Positions 31,705 through 42,041 are shown, counted from the first letter of the stretch. The stretch: DNA of 64,000 nt from Bdellovibrionales bacterium (GCA_965205945.1 CBDBIB010000002.1:64001-128000); one strand, 5' to 3'. Notes: generated from the letters alone by a model not told the origin. Numbers and translations: made by a program.

Positions 31705-32647
31705 TGTTATTGTTGTTTAATAAGATGATAAGAATTGACGCTAGTGTCACTCCTGTTATTGCATACCATGTTGATTTTTTTTGAAAAAAATTCTTTTTGT
31801 GTGGTAGTTTTAAGGGTTTATCGGTATGAATTTTAAAAAGTTTTTTTTGAGCAGGGTGGTTTATTTGTTTAGAAATTTTCTTTATACAGGATTTTGAAAA
31901 AAAGATTTCATCTACTCTAAAACCTTGATGTGTAATAAAATTAGGATTAGCACATGTTCCAAGGTTTAATTTTTTAAGTTTAATAGGTTTAGTCTTTAAA
32001 ATATTATCTCCTGATAAGTTTAAGGAGAGTTCTTTGTAACCTTCTTTGAAAAATTTAAAATTATAATTTCCTGAGGGGTTAAGGTTAATTGTTCCAATGG
32101 TGAGCACACCATTAAAATAAATATGGGTATTCTCATCTGCTAAAGCAGATAGATCATAAGGAAAAGAGTAATTTTTTATTTCTTCTAATTTTATTGTATA
32201 ATTACGAATAATATCAGGGTTAAATATTTGATCAGAGAGTTTGTAATCAGGATTAAATAACAATCCTTGCTTAATCCAAAAATTAGATTTAATGCGTTCA
32301 AGATTTGAGAGTCGAAAATAGCTTTCTGAAATATGATTTTGAGCTTTTTTGGAAAAAATAAAATGAGATTTTAATTCAGTGAGTTCTTTAAAAAGATAAA
32401 TTGAAGGGGTTAAGTCTTCTAAAAGTAAGCCTTTTACAGCAAGACTATGTTTATCAGAAATAGTTTTTTCACTAGATAAGAGTTGTTTTTCCATAAGGAG
32501 ATTTGTGAGAGATTTTTTATTAGAATTCTTTTTTAAATATAAATTAAAATTATTAATCTGTTTTGGGTTTCCAAGGGTAATAACGTTTGCATGGGAGAAT
32601 GTAAAATGGGTTATTATGAGTAATGATAAGAATATACTTTTTTTCAT
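31673..32647 (-). CDS. Hypothetical exported protein with C-terminal TM segment
   Basis: GGAGG then ATG 32647; signal peptide; PEGA-like G.Y..K..KEGYK segment. Confidence 0.65.
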   Translation of the reverse strand: MKKSIFLSLLIITHFTFSHANVITLGNPKQINNFNLYLKKNSNKKSLTNLLMEKQLLSSEKTISDKHSLAVKGLLLEDLTPSIYLFKELTELKSHFIFSKKAQNHISESYFRLSNLERIKSNFWIKQGLLFNPDYKLSDQIFNPDIIRNYTIKLEEIKNYSFPYDLSALADENTHIYFNGVLTIGTINLNPSGNYNFKFFKEGYKELSLNLSGDNILKTKPIKLKKLNLGTCANPNFITHQGFRVDEIFFSKSCIKKISKQINHPAQKKLFKIHTDKPLKLPHKKNFFQKKSTWYAITGVTLASILIILLNNNNNEVRIEPVKY

Positions 32648-32648
32648 A

Positions 32649-33134
32649 TTAACCTCCAAATGTAATTTTATTTTTAGATTTTTTATTTAACATCCAAACA
32701 GGGGGTTTGTTTATATATTTTTGCAAAGCTATTTTAAATTCTAGTCCAAAAGAGGCTAATTTATTAGCAATATCTACAGGAACTACAAATGCTAAATGAG
32801 AAGGATCTTTTGGAGCCCTTAAAATCTTAATGTTTTTTGCAATTAAAGTGCCTGTTTTAGGGTTATATACTTGAACGATATTGTAGGCACTAAGGAGGGG
32901 TTGAATATGTTCAAAATTTACAGCCTGAAAAGGGTAGAGAATATAACCTTGTGGAATCATAACGGCTAAATTGATTTCTAGTTCTTTTAAAGCTGGTTTT
33001 TTTAAGTCAGAATTGTCTTTAAGCATATAAATCAGTAGTGAAATAATGAAAGATATTGTAAGCCCTAAGATAACCTTAAAACGTTCTTCATTAGTATTTT
33101 TAAAGATATAGGCTTTGAATTTTTGTATGTTCAA
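32649..33134 (-). CDS. Putative CpaB/RcpC-like Flp pilus accessory protein
   Basis: N-terminal TM, IPQGY motif, position in the Flp cluster; family call is inference. Confidence 0.5.
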   Translation of the reverse strand: MNIQKFKAYIFKNTNEERFKVILGLTISFIISLLIYMLKDNSDLKKPALKELEINLAVMIPQGYILYPFQAVNFEHIQPLLSAYNIVQVYNPKTGTLIAKNIKILRAPKDPSHLAFVVPVDIANKLASFGLEFKIALQKYINKPPVWMLNKKSKNKITFGG

Positions 33135-33288
33135 TTTCTTTCTCCAAGGTTTTAAATTTTGAGGATTTAAGAAAACAAAGGAAGATTAATAAAATAGGAA
33201 TAATGATTAGCAATTCAATGCTTAGTTGTCCAGAATTAATTTTATATTTGATGGTAAACCTCCTTGAATGGTAAGCGTGCTTCCACAT
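33100..33288 (-). CDS. Small TadE-like pseudopilin (probable start 33252)
   Basis: Prepilin motif G|QLSIE followed by a hydrophobic helix. Confidence 0.65.
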   Translation of the reverse strand: MWKHAYHSRRFTIKYKINSGQLSIELLIIIPILLIFLCFLKSSKFKTLEKEIEHTKIQSLYL

Positions 33289-33857
33289 TTAAAATTAAAG
33301 TTTGTATTAAAATTTAGATTTTTTTTTAAAAGAGTGGGAAGTATCTTTGTTATATTGATTCTTTTATAAAATATAGTTTTCTTTTTATTTTGATAATCTT
33401 TTTGTAAGCGGTAACTTGGGCTATCTGAATTTTTAGGATAAGCTTTAACAAGCAGACCTTGAGGAGGGCTGGTTGATAGATATCCATTTTTAAAGAGTTT
33501 TCTAGATCTTTTATAAGAATCTAGAGTTGCTTGATATAAAATATTTTTCTGATATGTGACAAGAGTTTTTTGAAGAACTTTTACACTATTTAAAGCTGCT
33601 AAAGCAGCGGCTTTGGCATAAGCAGGAGCTAATTTATATGTGATCTCTAAAGCCTTTCTTGATGCTCTTAGAGTAAAGGCCGTATTATTTTTTAAGAAAA
33701 GTGCTTTAGTCAGCTTTCGGTGTGAGTGTTGAAGTTCTGTAAGTTCAGTTATACAAAATTTTAGCTCTTTAGAAATATTTTTTTTAACACCTAAGATAAA
33801 AAGAAGGCTTAAAAAAATCATAGTTAAAAATGAGAATGATAAGTAAATTAAATACAT
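33222..33857 (-). CDS. Membrane-anchored protein in the Flp/Tad minor pilin cluster
   Basis: ATG just after the upstream stop; N-terminal TM; operon context. Confidence 0.6.
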   Translation of the reverse strand: MYLIYLSFSFLTMIFLSLLFILGVKKNISKELKFCITELTELQHSHRKLTKALFLKNNTAFTLRASRKALEITYKLAPAYAKAAALAALNSVKVLQKTLVTYQKNILYQATLDSYKRSRKLFKNGYLSTSPPQGLLVKAYPKNSDSPSYRLQKDYQNKKKTIFYKRINITKILPTLLKKNLNFNTNFNFKCGSTLTIQGGLPSNIKLILDN

Positions 33858-33861
33858 GAGC

Positions 33862-34209
33862 TTATTTTTGTTTTTGAAGTTTTTGAGACCATATAAAGTC
33901 TTTTCCAAAGAAAGAAGATTTAACCTTAACTTTATTAATAGAACCTTTTAAGGAGAGTTTTACTGAAATATTTTTTTGAAAGAATAAAAGCCGTTTTAAT
34001 TGATGTGTTAAATTATTTTTACATTTATAATTTGAAGAGTTTAAGCTTTCTAAGCAAAGAAGACTTTTTTGCATATAAAACTCAGAAATATATTTTGCAT
34101 AAATTAAATAAACAATGCAGGAACTCCCCATAAATAGGAGAAGTATCACTTTTAAAGTCAGCAGGGCTTCAAGTGTAGCTTGTCCTAAGTTCTTCATATT
34201 AATTGTCAC
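33862..34209 (-). CDS. TadE-like pseudopilin
   Basis: G|QATLE prepilin motif plus TM. Confidence 0.7.
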   Translation of the reverse strand: MTINMKNLGQATLEALLTLKVILLLFMGSSCIVYLIYAKYISEFYMQKSLLCLESLNSSNYKCKNNLTHQLKRLLFFQKNISVKLSLKGSINKVKVKSSFFGKDFIWSQKLQKQK

Positions 34210-34453
34210 CTTTATTAGAAGAATTTTTTAAAAAATTACTTAAATCCTTTTGACTGTGGTGACTGTCATTAATTCCTATAGATTTTATTTTTGTAGAATG
34301 GTTGCCTTGAAGTGCATTAGTGATATTTGAAAGTTGAGCTCTTGTAGTTTGCCCAAGAACTCGAATAACACCAATTGAAGAGATGGCAATTAAAGCGACT
34401 AGTATGAGATACTCTGTTAAACTTTGTCCAAGTTGTTTTTCTCTATTTTGCAT
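34199..34453 (-). CDS. Flp family type IVb pilin
   Basis: G|QSLTEYLILVALIAI, the Flp motif with E5-Y6. Confidence 0.9.
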   Translation of the reverse strand: MQNREKQLGQSLTEYLILVALIAISSIGVIRVLGQTTRAQLSNITNALQGNHSTKIKSIGINDSHHSQKDLSNFLKNSSNKGDN

Positions 34454-34738
34454 ATAAAGCTATCCTTTAATAAGAAGATCTTATGCAAAAAAAAGGAGTC
34501 ACTTGAAAAAGTAGTTTTAGATGATTTGACTAAAAAAATATCCGATTATTGGTTTAGTTCACCATAACCATTGTTTATAAACTAAGCTAGAAATCTTTGA
34601 TAATGGTTGGTTATATTTTTATTACCGTTTTTTAAAACTCTAGGGGAATTATATTGATTTTTTTAACTTTTTTTATTTAAAGATCAGAAAGGCTTAAAGA
34701 TTCTAGGAATATTTTTTAGATATAGTTTTAAAGTTGGA

Positions 34739-35044
34739 TTATTTTATTTTCTTTTTTTTAGAGGTTTTTTTTGATTTAACAGAGGGATTTGCAGCTTTTG
34801 CTTTTTTACGAGCTAGTTGGCGTTCTTTTTTGCGCTCCTCTTTCTCTATGATTCTAAGCTCTTCTCGCTCATCCTGGATAACGGTAAGGATGGCCAGGGC
34901 CTCTTCTCTTAAATCATTTTCATTTACAAATCTGTAAAAAGCTTCAATTTCAGGGCTTTGCTTAAATCTTTTTGCTGTAGATGGAACAGCCTCATCTGCT
35001 TTAAAATCAATTGTTCCATCAGTGCTGACTTTTACTTTTTCCAT
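34739..35044 (-). CDS. Hypothetical protein with lysine-rich C-terminal tail
   Basis: 101-aa ORF with AAGGTAGAG upstream. Confidence 0.7.
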   Translation of the reverse strand: MEKVKVSTDGTIDFKADEAVPSTAKRFKQSPEIEAFYRFVNENDLREEALAILTVIQDEREELRIIEKEERKKERQLARKKAKAANPSVKSKKTSKKKKIK

Positions 35045-35142
35045 ATGACTCTACCTTATATTTATGTTTAATATTTTAAATCAATATAGTAAAAAGAGCA
35101 ATAAATATATACCTGCAGTATTTTGCAGATAGTAGGGGATTA

Positions 35143-35989
35143 TATGCTTATTTTAGATGGTAAAAAATCAGCTCAAATACGTATTCAAGGTTTTAAAAAG
35201 AGAGTTGCTAATATAACAAAGAAGCTAGGAAGAAGCCCAAATCTTTTGGCAGTATTGGTTGGAGAAGATCCTGCAAGTAAAATTTATGTAGATCATAAAA
35301 AAAAGCAGTGCTCTAAAGTAGGTATACAAAGCACAGTTATAGGGCTTTCAGAAAAAATCACACAAGTTGAGTTGATATCTGAAATTGACAAATTTAATAA
35401 AAATAATTGTATTGATGGCATATTGGTTCAACTGCCTCTTCCAGATCATCTTTTAAGTTTTGATCCATCAAATTATATTTTAGATCAAAAAGATGTTGAT
35501 GGGTTAACTGCTAAAAATATGGGACTGATGGTTAAAGGAAGGGCTTTTGCTGAGCCCTGTACGCCAAGGGGTATTATTGAACTTTTAAAGTATTATCATA
35601 TTGAGTTAAGGGGTAAAAGAGCTGCTGTTCTTGGGCGAAGTCAAATAGTGGGATGGCCTATGGCTTGGATGCTGACTCGTGAAAATGCGACTGTTACAGT
35701 TTGTCACTCAAGAACAAAAGATTTAAAACCCATTCTTAAAGAAAGTGATTTAGTTGTTGTGGCTGTAGGAAAACCTCACTTTTTAAATAAGAACTTTTTT
35801 AAAAAAAGGGCCGTTGTAATTGATGTGGGTATACACAGACTACATTCAGGTAAACTTATAGGAGATGTTGATACTCAAGGTTTTAAGGAGAAGAATATTT
35901 CCTACTCTCCTGTTCCTGGTGGAGTAGGACCTATGACAGTGAATCAACTTGTAGGAAATTTAATAGACCTTGTGACATTAAAAGTATAA
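35143..35989 (+). CDS. folD: Methylenetetrahydrofolate dehydrogenase/cyclohydrolase
   Basis: GILVQLPLP, KDVDG, PCTP, PGGVGPMT. Confidence 0.97.
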
Positions 35990-36001
35990 GGGTTTTATAA
36001 T

Positions 36002-37075
36002 ATGAAAAAAACACCTTTGAATAAATGGCACCATGAAAATGGCGGGAAAATGATTTCTTATGCAGGATGGAATATGCCTGTGCAGTATAAAACGGGCTTA
36101 TCCGTAGAGCATAAGTTTACAAGAGAAATAGCCTCTCTTTTTGATGTTTCTCATATGGGAGAATTTAGGTTTAAAGGACCTGAAGCTTTGATGGCTTTAG
36201 AGTATTTGTCTCCAACAAATATTTCTAAGTTAAGTAAAGGGGAGTCTTGTTATAGTTTTTTTCCCAATGAAAACGGTGGAGTGATAGATGACCTTTTAGT
36301 ATATTGTTTTGTAGAAGGTGTAGATTATTTGATTTGTGTGAATGCTTTAAATACTGGAAAAATTAGTAAGCATATTAATAAATTTGCTCATAAGTTTAAA
36401 GTTTCTATTATAGATGAGTGTAGAATGTGGGCACAGATTGCTATTCAAGGGCCTAAAGCTGTAGAGATAACTAATAGAATTATTCATGGAGTTTCCTTGA
36501 TTAAACGATTTGGCTTTTTAAGCTTTGATTTTAATGGAGAAATAATATGGGTTTGTAGAACAGGTTACACAGGAGAAGATGGTTTTGAGATTTTTGTGCC
36601 ACCTGTAAAGACTGAACAACTTTGGGTATCATTGTTAGGTGAAGGGGCAAGGCCTTGTGGCTTAGCAGCAAGAGACACTTTGAGGCTTGAAGCGGCATTA
36701 AACTTATATGGAAATGAGCTTTCTGATAACTGTAATCCTTTTGAGCGTAGAATGGGGTGGACTATTGATTTTTCAAAATCTAACTTTTTAGCAAAAGATA
36801 AGCTGATTGATTTTAAAGAAAAAGCTACACGTGTTCTTATGGGCTTAAAGGTTTTAGAAAAGGCTATTCCAAGAGCGGGTTATAATGTTTTAGTCAATGA
36901 TAAAGTTGTGGGGGTTATAACTAGCGGAACAATGTCTCCAACGTTTGCAGAGCCCATAGCTATGGTTTGGATTGACAAAACAGTTGCTTGGGGAGAGAAA
37001 CAGCTTAAGGTTCAGATTAGGAATAAACAGGTAAATGCTGTAATAGTGTCTTTGCCATTTTTAAAGAAGAATTAG
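36002..37075 (+). CDS. gcvT: Glycine cleavage aminomethyltransferase T
   Basis: FDVSHMG, RTGYTGEDGFE, GLAARDTLRLEA. Confidence 0.97.
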   Translation: MKKTPLNKWHHENGGKMISYAGWNMPVQYKTGLSVEHKFTREIASLFDVSHMGEFRFKGPEALMALEYLSPTNISKLSKGESCYSFFPNENGGVIDDLLVYCFVEGVDYLICVNALNTGKISKHINKFAHKFKVSIIDECRMWAQIAIQGPKAVEITNRIIHGVSLIKRFGFLSFDFNGEIIWVCRTGYTGEDGFEIFVPPVKTEQLWVSLLGEGARPCGLAARDTLRLEAALNLYGNELSDNCNPFERRMGWTIDFSKSNFLAKDKLIDFKEKATRVLMGLKVLEKAIPRAGYNVLVNDKVVGVITSGTMSPTFAEPIAMVWIDKTVAWGEKQLKVQIRNKQVNAVIVSLPFLKKN

Positions 37076-37103
37076 AAAATTATTACCAATAAAAGGGGTT
37101 TAA

Positions 37104-37490
37104 ATGGCGTATAAAGTACCAGAAGATATTTATTATACTAAAGAACATGAGTGGGCTTACGTTGATGAGAATATTGTTACTGTAGGTGTAACGTCTTTTG
37201 CTCAAGAAAGTTTAGGAGAAATTGTTTATGCTGAGCTTCCTGATGAAGGGCAAAAAGTTACTCAAAATGAGCCTTTTGGAGTAATTGAAAGCGTTAAAGC
37301 AGTTAGTGACCTTGTTTCTCCTGTAACAGGGACTGTAATTGAAACAAATGCTGTCTTAGTGGATAAACCTGGAATTCTTAATGATGATCCATGGAATGAT
37401 GGCTGGTTGATTCGAATTGAAATGGATACAGAAAAAGAACTAGCCTCACTACTAAAAGCTTCAGAATATAAAAAATTAATTGATAAATAA
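37104..37490 (+). CDS. gcvH: Glycine cleavage system H protein
   Basis: HEWA, ESVKA lipoyl motif. Confidence 0.97.
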   Translation: MAYKVPEDIYYTKEHEWAYVDENIVTVGVTSFAQESLGEIVYAELPDEGQKVTQNEPFGVIESVKAVSDLVSPVTGTVIETNAVLVDKPGILNDDPWNDGWLIRIEMDTEKELASLLKASEYKKLIDK

Positions 37491-37537
37491 AGAAAAGTTT
37501 CTTACATTAAATTTTTAATATTAATAATAGATTACGT

Positions 37538-37622
37538 GCCCGTGTGGTGGAATTGGCAGACACGCTAGACTTAGGATCTAGTGCCGCAAGGCTTGGAGGT
37601 TCGACCCCTCTCGCGGGTACCA
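37538..37622 (+). tRNA. tRNA-Leu(TAG)
   Basis: CTAGA/TCTAG stem, CTTAGGA loop, long variable arm, CCA. Confidence 0.96.
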
Positions 37623-37682
37623 TACGTTTTGTTGGGATTTGAGCCCCAAACCAAAATTAACAGCAAAAGAAGCTTAACTATC

Positions 37683-37952
37683 TTAAATTTTATTTTTAGG
37701 TTTAGAATTTATACTTTTATGAAGAATAAAACTGAGGCCAAGTTTGAGGTAGTCTTTTAAATATCGTTGAATTGTTCTTCTTGATTTATTTAAAATTTTT
37801 TGAGCATTTAGAATACTTATTTTTTCATTATCAATTTTAAGCTGTTTTGTTGAATTTATAATCACTGCCTACCTCGCCCCTTCATTTTATTATTTAAAAT
37901 ATAATACAATAATTTAACGCTGTGTGAGTGTCAGTTTCCCTTGGTAATGACA
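37683..37952 (-). mobile_element. IS1202 (ISNCY)-family relic: left end plus N-terminal HTH fragment
   Basis: AQKILNKSRRTIQRYLKDY..GL....H....KPKNKI resembles the IS1202 transposase N-terminus; TGTCA...TGACA end motif at 37929-37952. Confidence 0.7.
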
Positions 37953-38171
37953 CACGCCCTAGTTTCTTCTTCTGGTGAGAAAGTGAGATTGGTGCTCCCG
38001 AGTGTTTATAGAAGTCTTCTTGAGACCTGTTTTACTATATTAGTGGTAGATTTAAGTTGTTGATTTTTATAGACTTATTGGATTTAGATGTTTTTTCTAC
38101 AACAAAATGACATATAAATTGTAGTTTGTGACAAAATATATTTTAATATTAGTAGAAAGGGTTGAGAGTAT

Positions 38172-39428
38172 ATGGTTTTAAAAGAAGAGTTTGAATTTTT
38201 AAATAGTGACCTTTGGTTAAAGTACACTCAAGAAAAATACACCCCTTTAGACGACATTAAGTATCGCTTGGATAAGCTTGGTATTTTAAAGAGCAATTGG
38301 TCGGAGTTAAGACAAAAAATACAAATATATAGAAAGATGAGTGCTGTGCCATTTTTTCTAAAGTCCATTGATAAGAGATTTTGGTATTTTCCTTCAGATT
38401 CGATTAATAAAAAAATACATCGTGTAGAAAGCTTGGGAAATAAGTTGTTCGAAAAAATAGAAAATCATAGCTCATTTAAAATAGAATTTTTAGCAAATGC
38501 AGCTGTGGAAGAGGCTGTAGCATCTGCAATTTATGAAGGTGCTAACAGTACTCGTTTAAAAGCTAAGGCTTTAATTGCTTCAGGAAATAAACCTAAGGAT
38601 AAAGATGAGTGGATGTTAGTTAATAATCACCTAGCAATGAGGTGGGTTAAAGAGAATTCAAAACTTCCTGTATCCCATGGTCTGGTCTTAAAAATACATG
38701 AAATAGTTTCAAAAAATACTCTTCAGGGAGATGATATAAGTTTTTGTGGAAAGTTTAGAAATGATGTTGTTTATGTGGGGAATCATCAGGGAACTATTCA
38801 TAGAAAAATAAAGGAAGCTTTAACTGAGGTAATAGAATTAACGACAAATCACCCTCGCTTTCTACATAGCTTAATTAAGGGAATCTTGCTTCACTATTTC
38901 GTTGCATATATCCATCCATTTTTTGATGGGAACGGTCGTACTGCAAGAACATTATTTTATTTTAAGGCTATAAAAAATGATTTAAAATTTGTTGAATTAT
39001 TATCAATTTCAGCAGACTTAAAAGAGCATGGAAAAAGATACAAAAGGTCTTTTGATTTAGTGAATGAACATGAGTTGGATATAACTTTCTTTATAGATTT
39101 TTGTTTGGATTCTTTAGTTACATCTTTAGGTAAGGTTGAGAAAAAAGTTAATTACTTATTTGATATTTCATTGCTTATTGAAAAAGAAGGACTTACTTTT
39201 AACCAAGTGTCATTGTTGCAAAGGATGGCATTAAATAAATATAGAGCAACATCAATAGAGAAATATGCTAGAGAAATTAGGAAATCTCGTGAGATAGCAA
39301 GGCGGGAATTAAAAGATTTGCTTAAAAAGGCTTATTTAAAAGAAGAAAAGAAAGGTAGAAAATTTATTTACTACGTGAATAGTAAAGAGCTAAGGGCGAG
39401 AGTTGTAGGGTTAAACTACCGCAGTTAA
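38172..39428 (+). CDS. Fic family protein (class II) with C-terminal HTH
   Basis: HPFFDGNGRTAR active site; SAIYEG inhibitory motif N-terminal to it. Confidence 0.92.
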   Translation: MVLKEEFEFLNSDLWLKYTQEKYTPLDDIKYRLDKLGILKSNWSELRQKIQIYRKMSAVPFFLKSIDKRFWYFPSDSINKKIHRVESLGNKLFEKIENHSSFKIEFLANAAVEEAVASAIYEGANSTRLKAKALIASGNKPKDKDEWMLVNNHLAMRWVKENSKLPVSHGLVLKIHEIVSKNTLQGDDISFCGKFRNDVVYVGNHQGTIHRKIKEALTEVIELTTNHPRFLHSLIKGILLHYFVAYIHPFFDGNGRTARTLFYFKAIKNDLKFVELLSISADLKEHGKRYKRSFDLVNEHELDITFFIDFCLDSLVTSLGKVEKKVNYLFDISLLIEKEGLTFNQVSLLQRMALNKYRATSIEKYAREIRKSREIARRELKDLLKKAYLKEEKKGRKFIYYVNSKELRARVVGLNYRS

Positions 39429-40085
39429 ACCCTCTAACAAACCCCACGTCCTAATTCAGAATAGTCTATAGGCTTAGATTTCATGCTAATGGTGTTATTT
39501 TTAGAAAGCGGGAAGCGGATTTTAGTTTTAGTTAAATAGTAATAACTAGATTTTGGTATGTTTAAAACACCACATCCAATGGTGTTTCCGGACAAGATCC
39601 CACTATTATCTTCAAGGTATTTATCACTTGGTATGCGTTCATTTGATCTGCTCTGTAAAATTTAAATCACAAGGCCTCTCGCTTCATGTGCAACAACGCC
39701 CTTTTATTGTTGTTTTTTTCGGAGTTATAATAATATCCAGAGATTTGTATTCGGCCTGAAAAGTTATGAATATTAGTTTTTGGAGGAATGTGAGCTTTAG
39801 CAAGGTAAAGGAATAAGTCATTAAACTCTAAGAGGTCTGAGTTTGTTTGTGCTCTAAGTTCATTTATATCATTATAAATACTTTTTGTTTTTAAATTAAA
39901 ATTAGTTAAAATTTTTTCTTTTAGTGACCCTGAGATTTGAAGAATAGAATTTTCTTTTTGTAGAGTAAAGAAATTTATAAAAAAGCTATTTTTTTCCAGA
40001 GAAATCTTGTGTTTAAGTGAAAATTATCTTTTAAAAATTATGTTCATATAACAGATCAGGCCAGAATTGATTGGGGGAGAAAAAT

Positions 40086-41121
40086 ATTTTGAAAAAACTG
40101 GGGACAGCTATGGGGACATTACTACTATTGTCTAGTAATTTAAATAAGATACGAGATTATTTTTTACCTCTCTCGCAGGTACCATATATAAAATGCCAGT
40201 ATATTGCATCTAATTCTTTTAAGTATTATCAAGTCAAATATAGCAGCAAAACAGATATAAATCCTTGTTTTTTTTTAAGGTTTTATTGGGTGCTTTTGTT
40301 CCGACACAAGAGACGTGTGCAACCATACGTTAGTAACAATTACTACTAGGAATGTGAAATTTATCGGACCAATAAACAGAATGATTAATGTAAGGAAATA
40401 TATTCTTATTCATATGTAATTCCATTTCTCCAGAAAAGACATTTTCATGTTCAAATGAAAGTTTGAGATATCCACCAAACCTTAAATTTAAATTCCAATC
40501 AGAGTCGCCATTTCCATATGAAATAAAGGAAAGCACAGTGCTTACTTCTCCACTCTCTCCATGGTCTTGAGTTGAAAAAGATAGCTTTCTTCCTGTTTCT
40601 AATGATTGAATTTCTAATATTCCATTTGAATCTGACATTGAATACCTAAACAAAGCACTCTCACATACTGTCGTCGCGGAAGAAATTTGAGAATAGAATA
40701 AAATTAAGACAAGAAAATAAGTAGTGATTTTCATATGAGCTCTCCAAATATACCGTTTATAACCTAAGCATAGATAACAAACATTCGTTTAAAATTCAGT
40801 ATATAAGTTCTTGTATGCAATAAAGCAAGGGTTTATTTTTGTTCTTCGTTTTAAATTTCCGAGTGATTACAGTTGACTTGGAGGTTTTTTTTATGGAAAA
40901 TTCAGCCACTTTTGTAAAGCTTTCTAAATTTTTAAAGTTTGCCTTTAAAAACGAGATTTCTCAAACGTAAAGAAAAAGGCGACTTTAAGGTCTTGCCTTT
41001 TTATCATTTCTTAGTTTTGTCGTTTAGGGCGTAATTATTTATCTGGTGATTTTGAAAAAACTGGGGGTAATACTACTATTATCTAGTAATTTAAAATAAG
41101 ACACGAGATTGTTTTTTTACC
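40086..41121 (+). repeat. Imperfect direct repeats (40086-40168 and 41049-41121)
   Basis: ATTTTGAAAAAACTGGGG...TACTACTATT.TCTAGTAATTT(A)AAATAAGA.ACGAGATT.TTTTTTACC present twice. Confidence 0.85.
40330..40734 (-). CDS. Hypothetical secreted protein
   Basis: GGAG RBS, signal peptide ending SSA, paired Cys. Confidence 0.7.
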   Translation of the reverse strand: MKITTYFLVLILFYSQISSATTVCESALFRYSMSDSNGILEIQSLETGRKLSFSTQDHGESGEVSTVLSFISYGNGDSDWNLNLRFGGYLKLSFEHENVFSGEMELHMNKNIFPYINHSVYWSDKFHIPSSNCY

Positions 41122-41312
41122 CCTTTTGTGGATGGCATACGTTTTATTGGGTTTAGACTTTGATAAAAACCAAATAGGAGAGGCCTAAAGATCAGGCAGT
41201 ACTTATAAAAGAAAAGTAAGAAACCATGGGCTTTTAATTTTTTAGGGTTTTATATGCAGAATAAAAAGAAATAATAATTTCACTGTATTTGTTAAAATAA
41301 AGAAAGAAAACT

Positions 41313-42041
41313 TTAGAAGTAGTTATCATCGTCATTAGTATCTTCGTCGACTAAGCTACTGATATCTTCATAGAGCTCATCTTCTTGTTCATCATCTAAC
41401 GTTAATTCCTCTAGGTTTCCATTATCAACTAAAAGGTCACTTATTAAAGACGTATGTTCATCTGAGTTATAATCATCACCATTTCTTTTTTTCTTTGTAT
41501 TTTTAATTACAAAGGGATTTATGGGGGTTACGTAAGATTTACTTTTTAAAATTTCCTCTAAATTAGGAGTTATAGGTCTTTTACCTTCATTTTTTTTAGA
41601 TTTTTGAGCAATAGGTTTTTTAGTTGTAGTTTTTATGGAATCTACAAGTTTTTGAGTTTGAGTTTTTCTGTTTGCAGCTTCTTTTTTTAATATTTTTTTA
41701 AGAAGAGTATTTTTTTTCTTAGTTATTTTTTTAGTTGTATTTTTTTTCTTAGTTATTTTTTTAGTTGTATTTTTTTTCTTAGTTATTTTTTTAGTTGCAT
41801 TTTTTTTCTTAGCTGATTTTTTAGTTGCATTTTTTTTCTTAGTTATTTTTTTAGTTGTATTTTTTTTCTTAGTTATTTTTTTAGTTGCATTTTTTTTCTT
41901 AGTTATTTTTTTAGTTGTATTTTTTTTCTTAGCTGATTTTTTAGTTGTATTTTTTTTCTTAGCTATTTTTTTAGTTGTATTTTTTTTCTTAGCTATTTTT
42001 TTAGTTGTAGTTTTTTTTATAGTTTTCTTTTTTCTAGCCAT
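41313..42041 (-). CDS. Histone H1-like lysine-repeat protein with acidic C-terminal tail
   Basis: GAGGTG RBS then MARKKK; 10 x KK(I/S)(T/A)KKKN(T/A)T; D/E-rich end. Confidence 0.75.
   Translation of the reverse strand: MARKKKTIKKTTTKKIAKKKNTTKKIAKKKNTTKKSAKKKNTTKKITKKKNATKKITKKKNTTKKITKKKNATKKSAKKKNATKKITKKKNTTKKITKKKNTTKKITKKKNTLLKKILKKEAANRKTQTQKLVDSIKTTTKKPIAQKSKKNEGKRPITPNLEEILKSKSYVTPINPFVIKNTKKKRNGDDYNSDEHTSLISDLLVDNGNLEELTLDDEQEDELYEDISSLVDEDTNDDDNYF
41703..42002 (-). repeat. 30-bp tandem repeat x10
   Basis: Plus-strand unit TTAGTTG(T/C)ATTTTTTTTCTTAG(T/C)T.(A/T)TTTT. Confidence 0.95.

Noticed and set aside
39430..40349. Short ORFs 39553-39759 and 40071-40349, and open minus-strand frames
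   Set aside because: No RBS or recognisable motif; possibly pseudogene debris that could not be assigned
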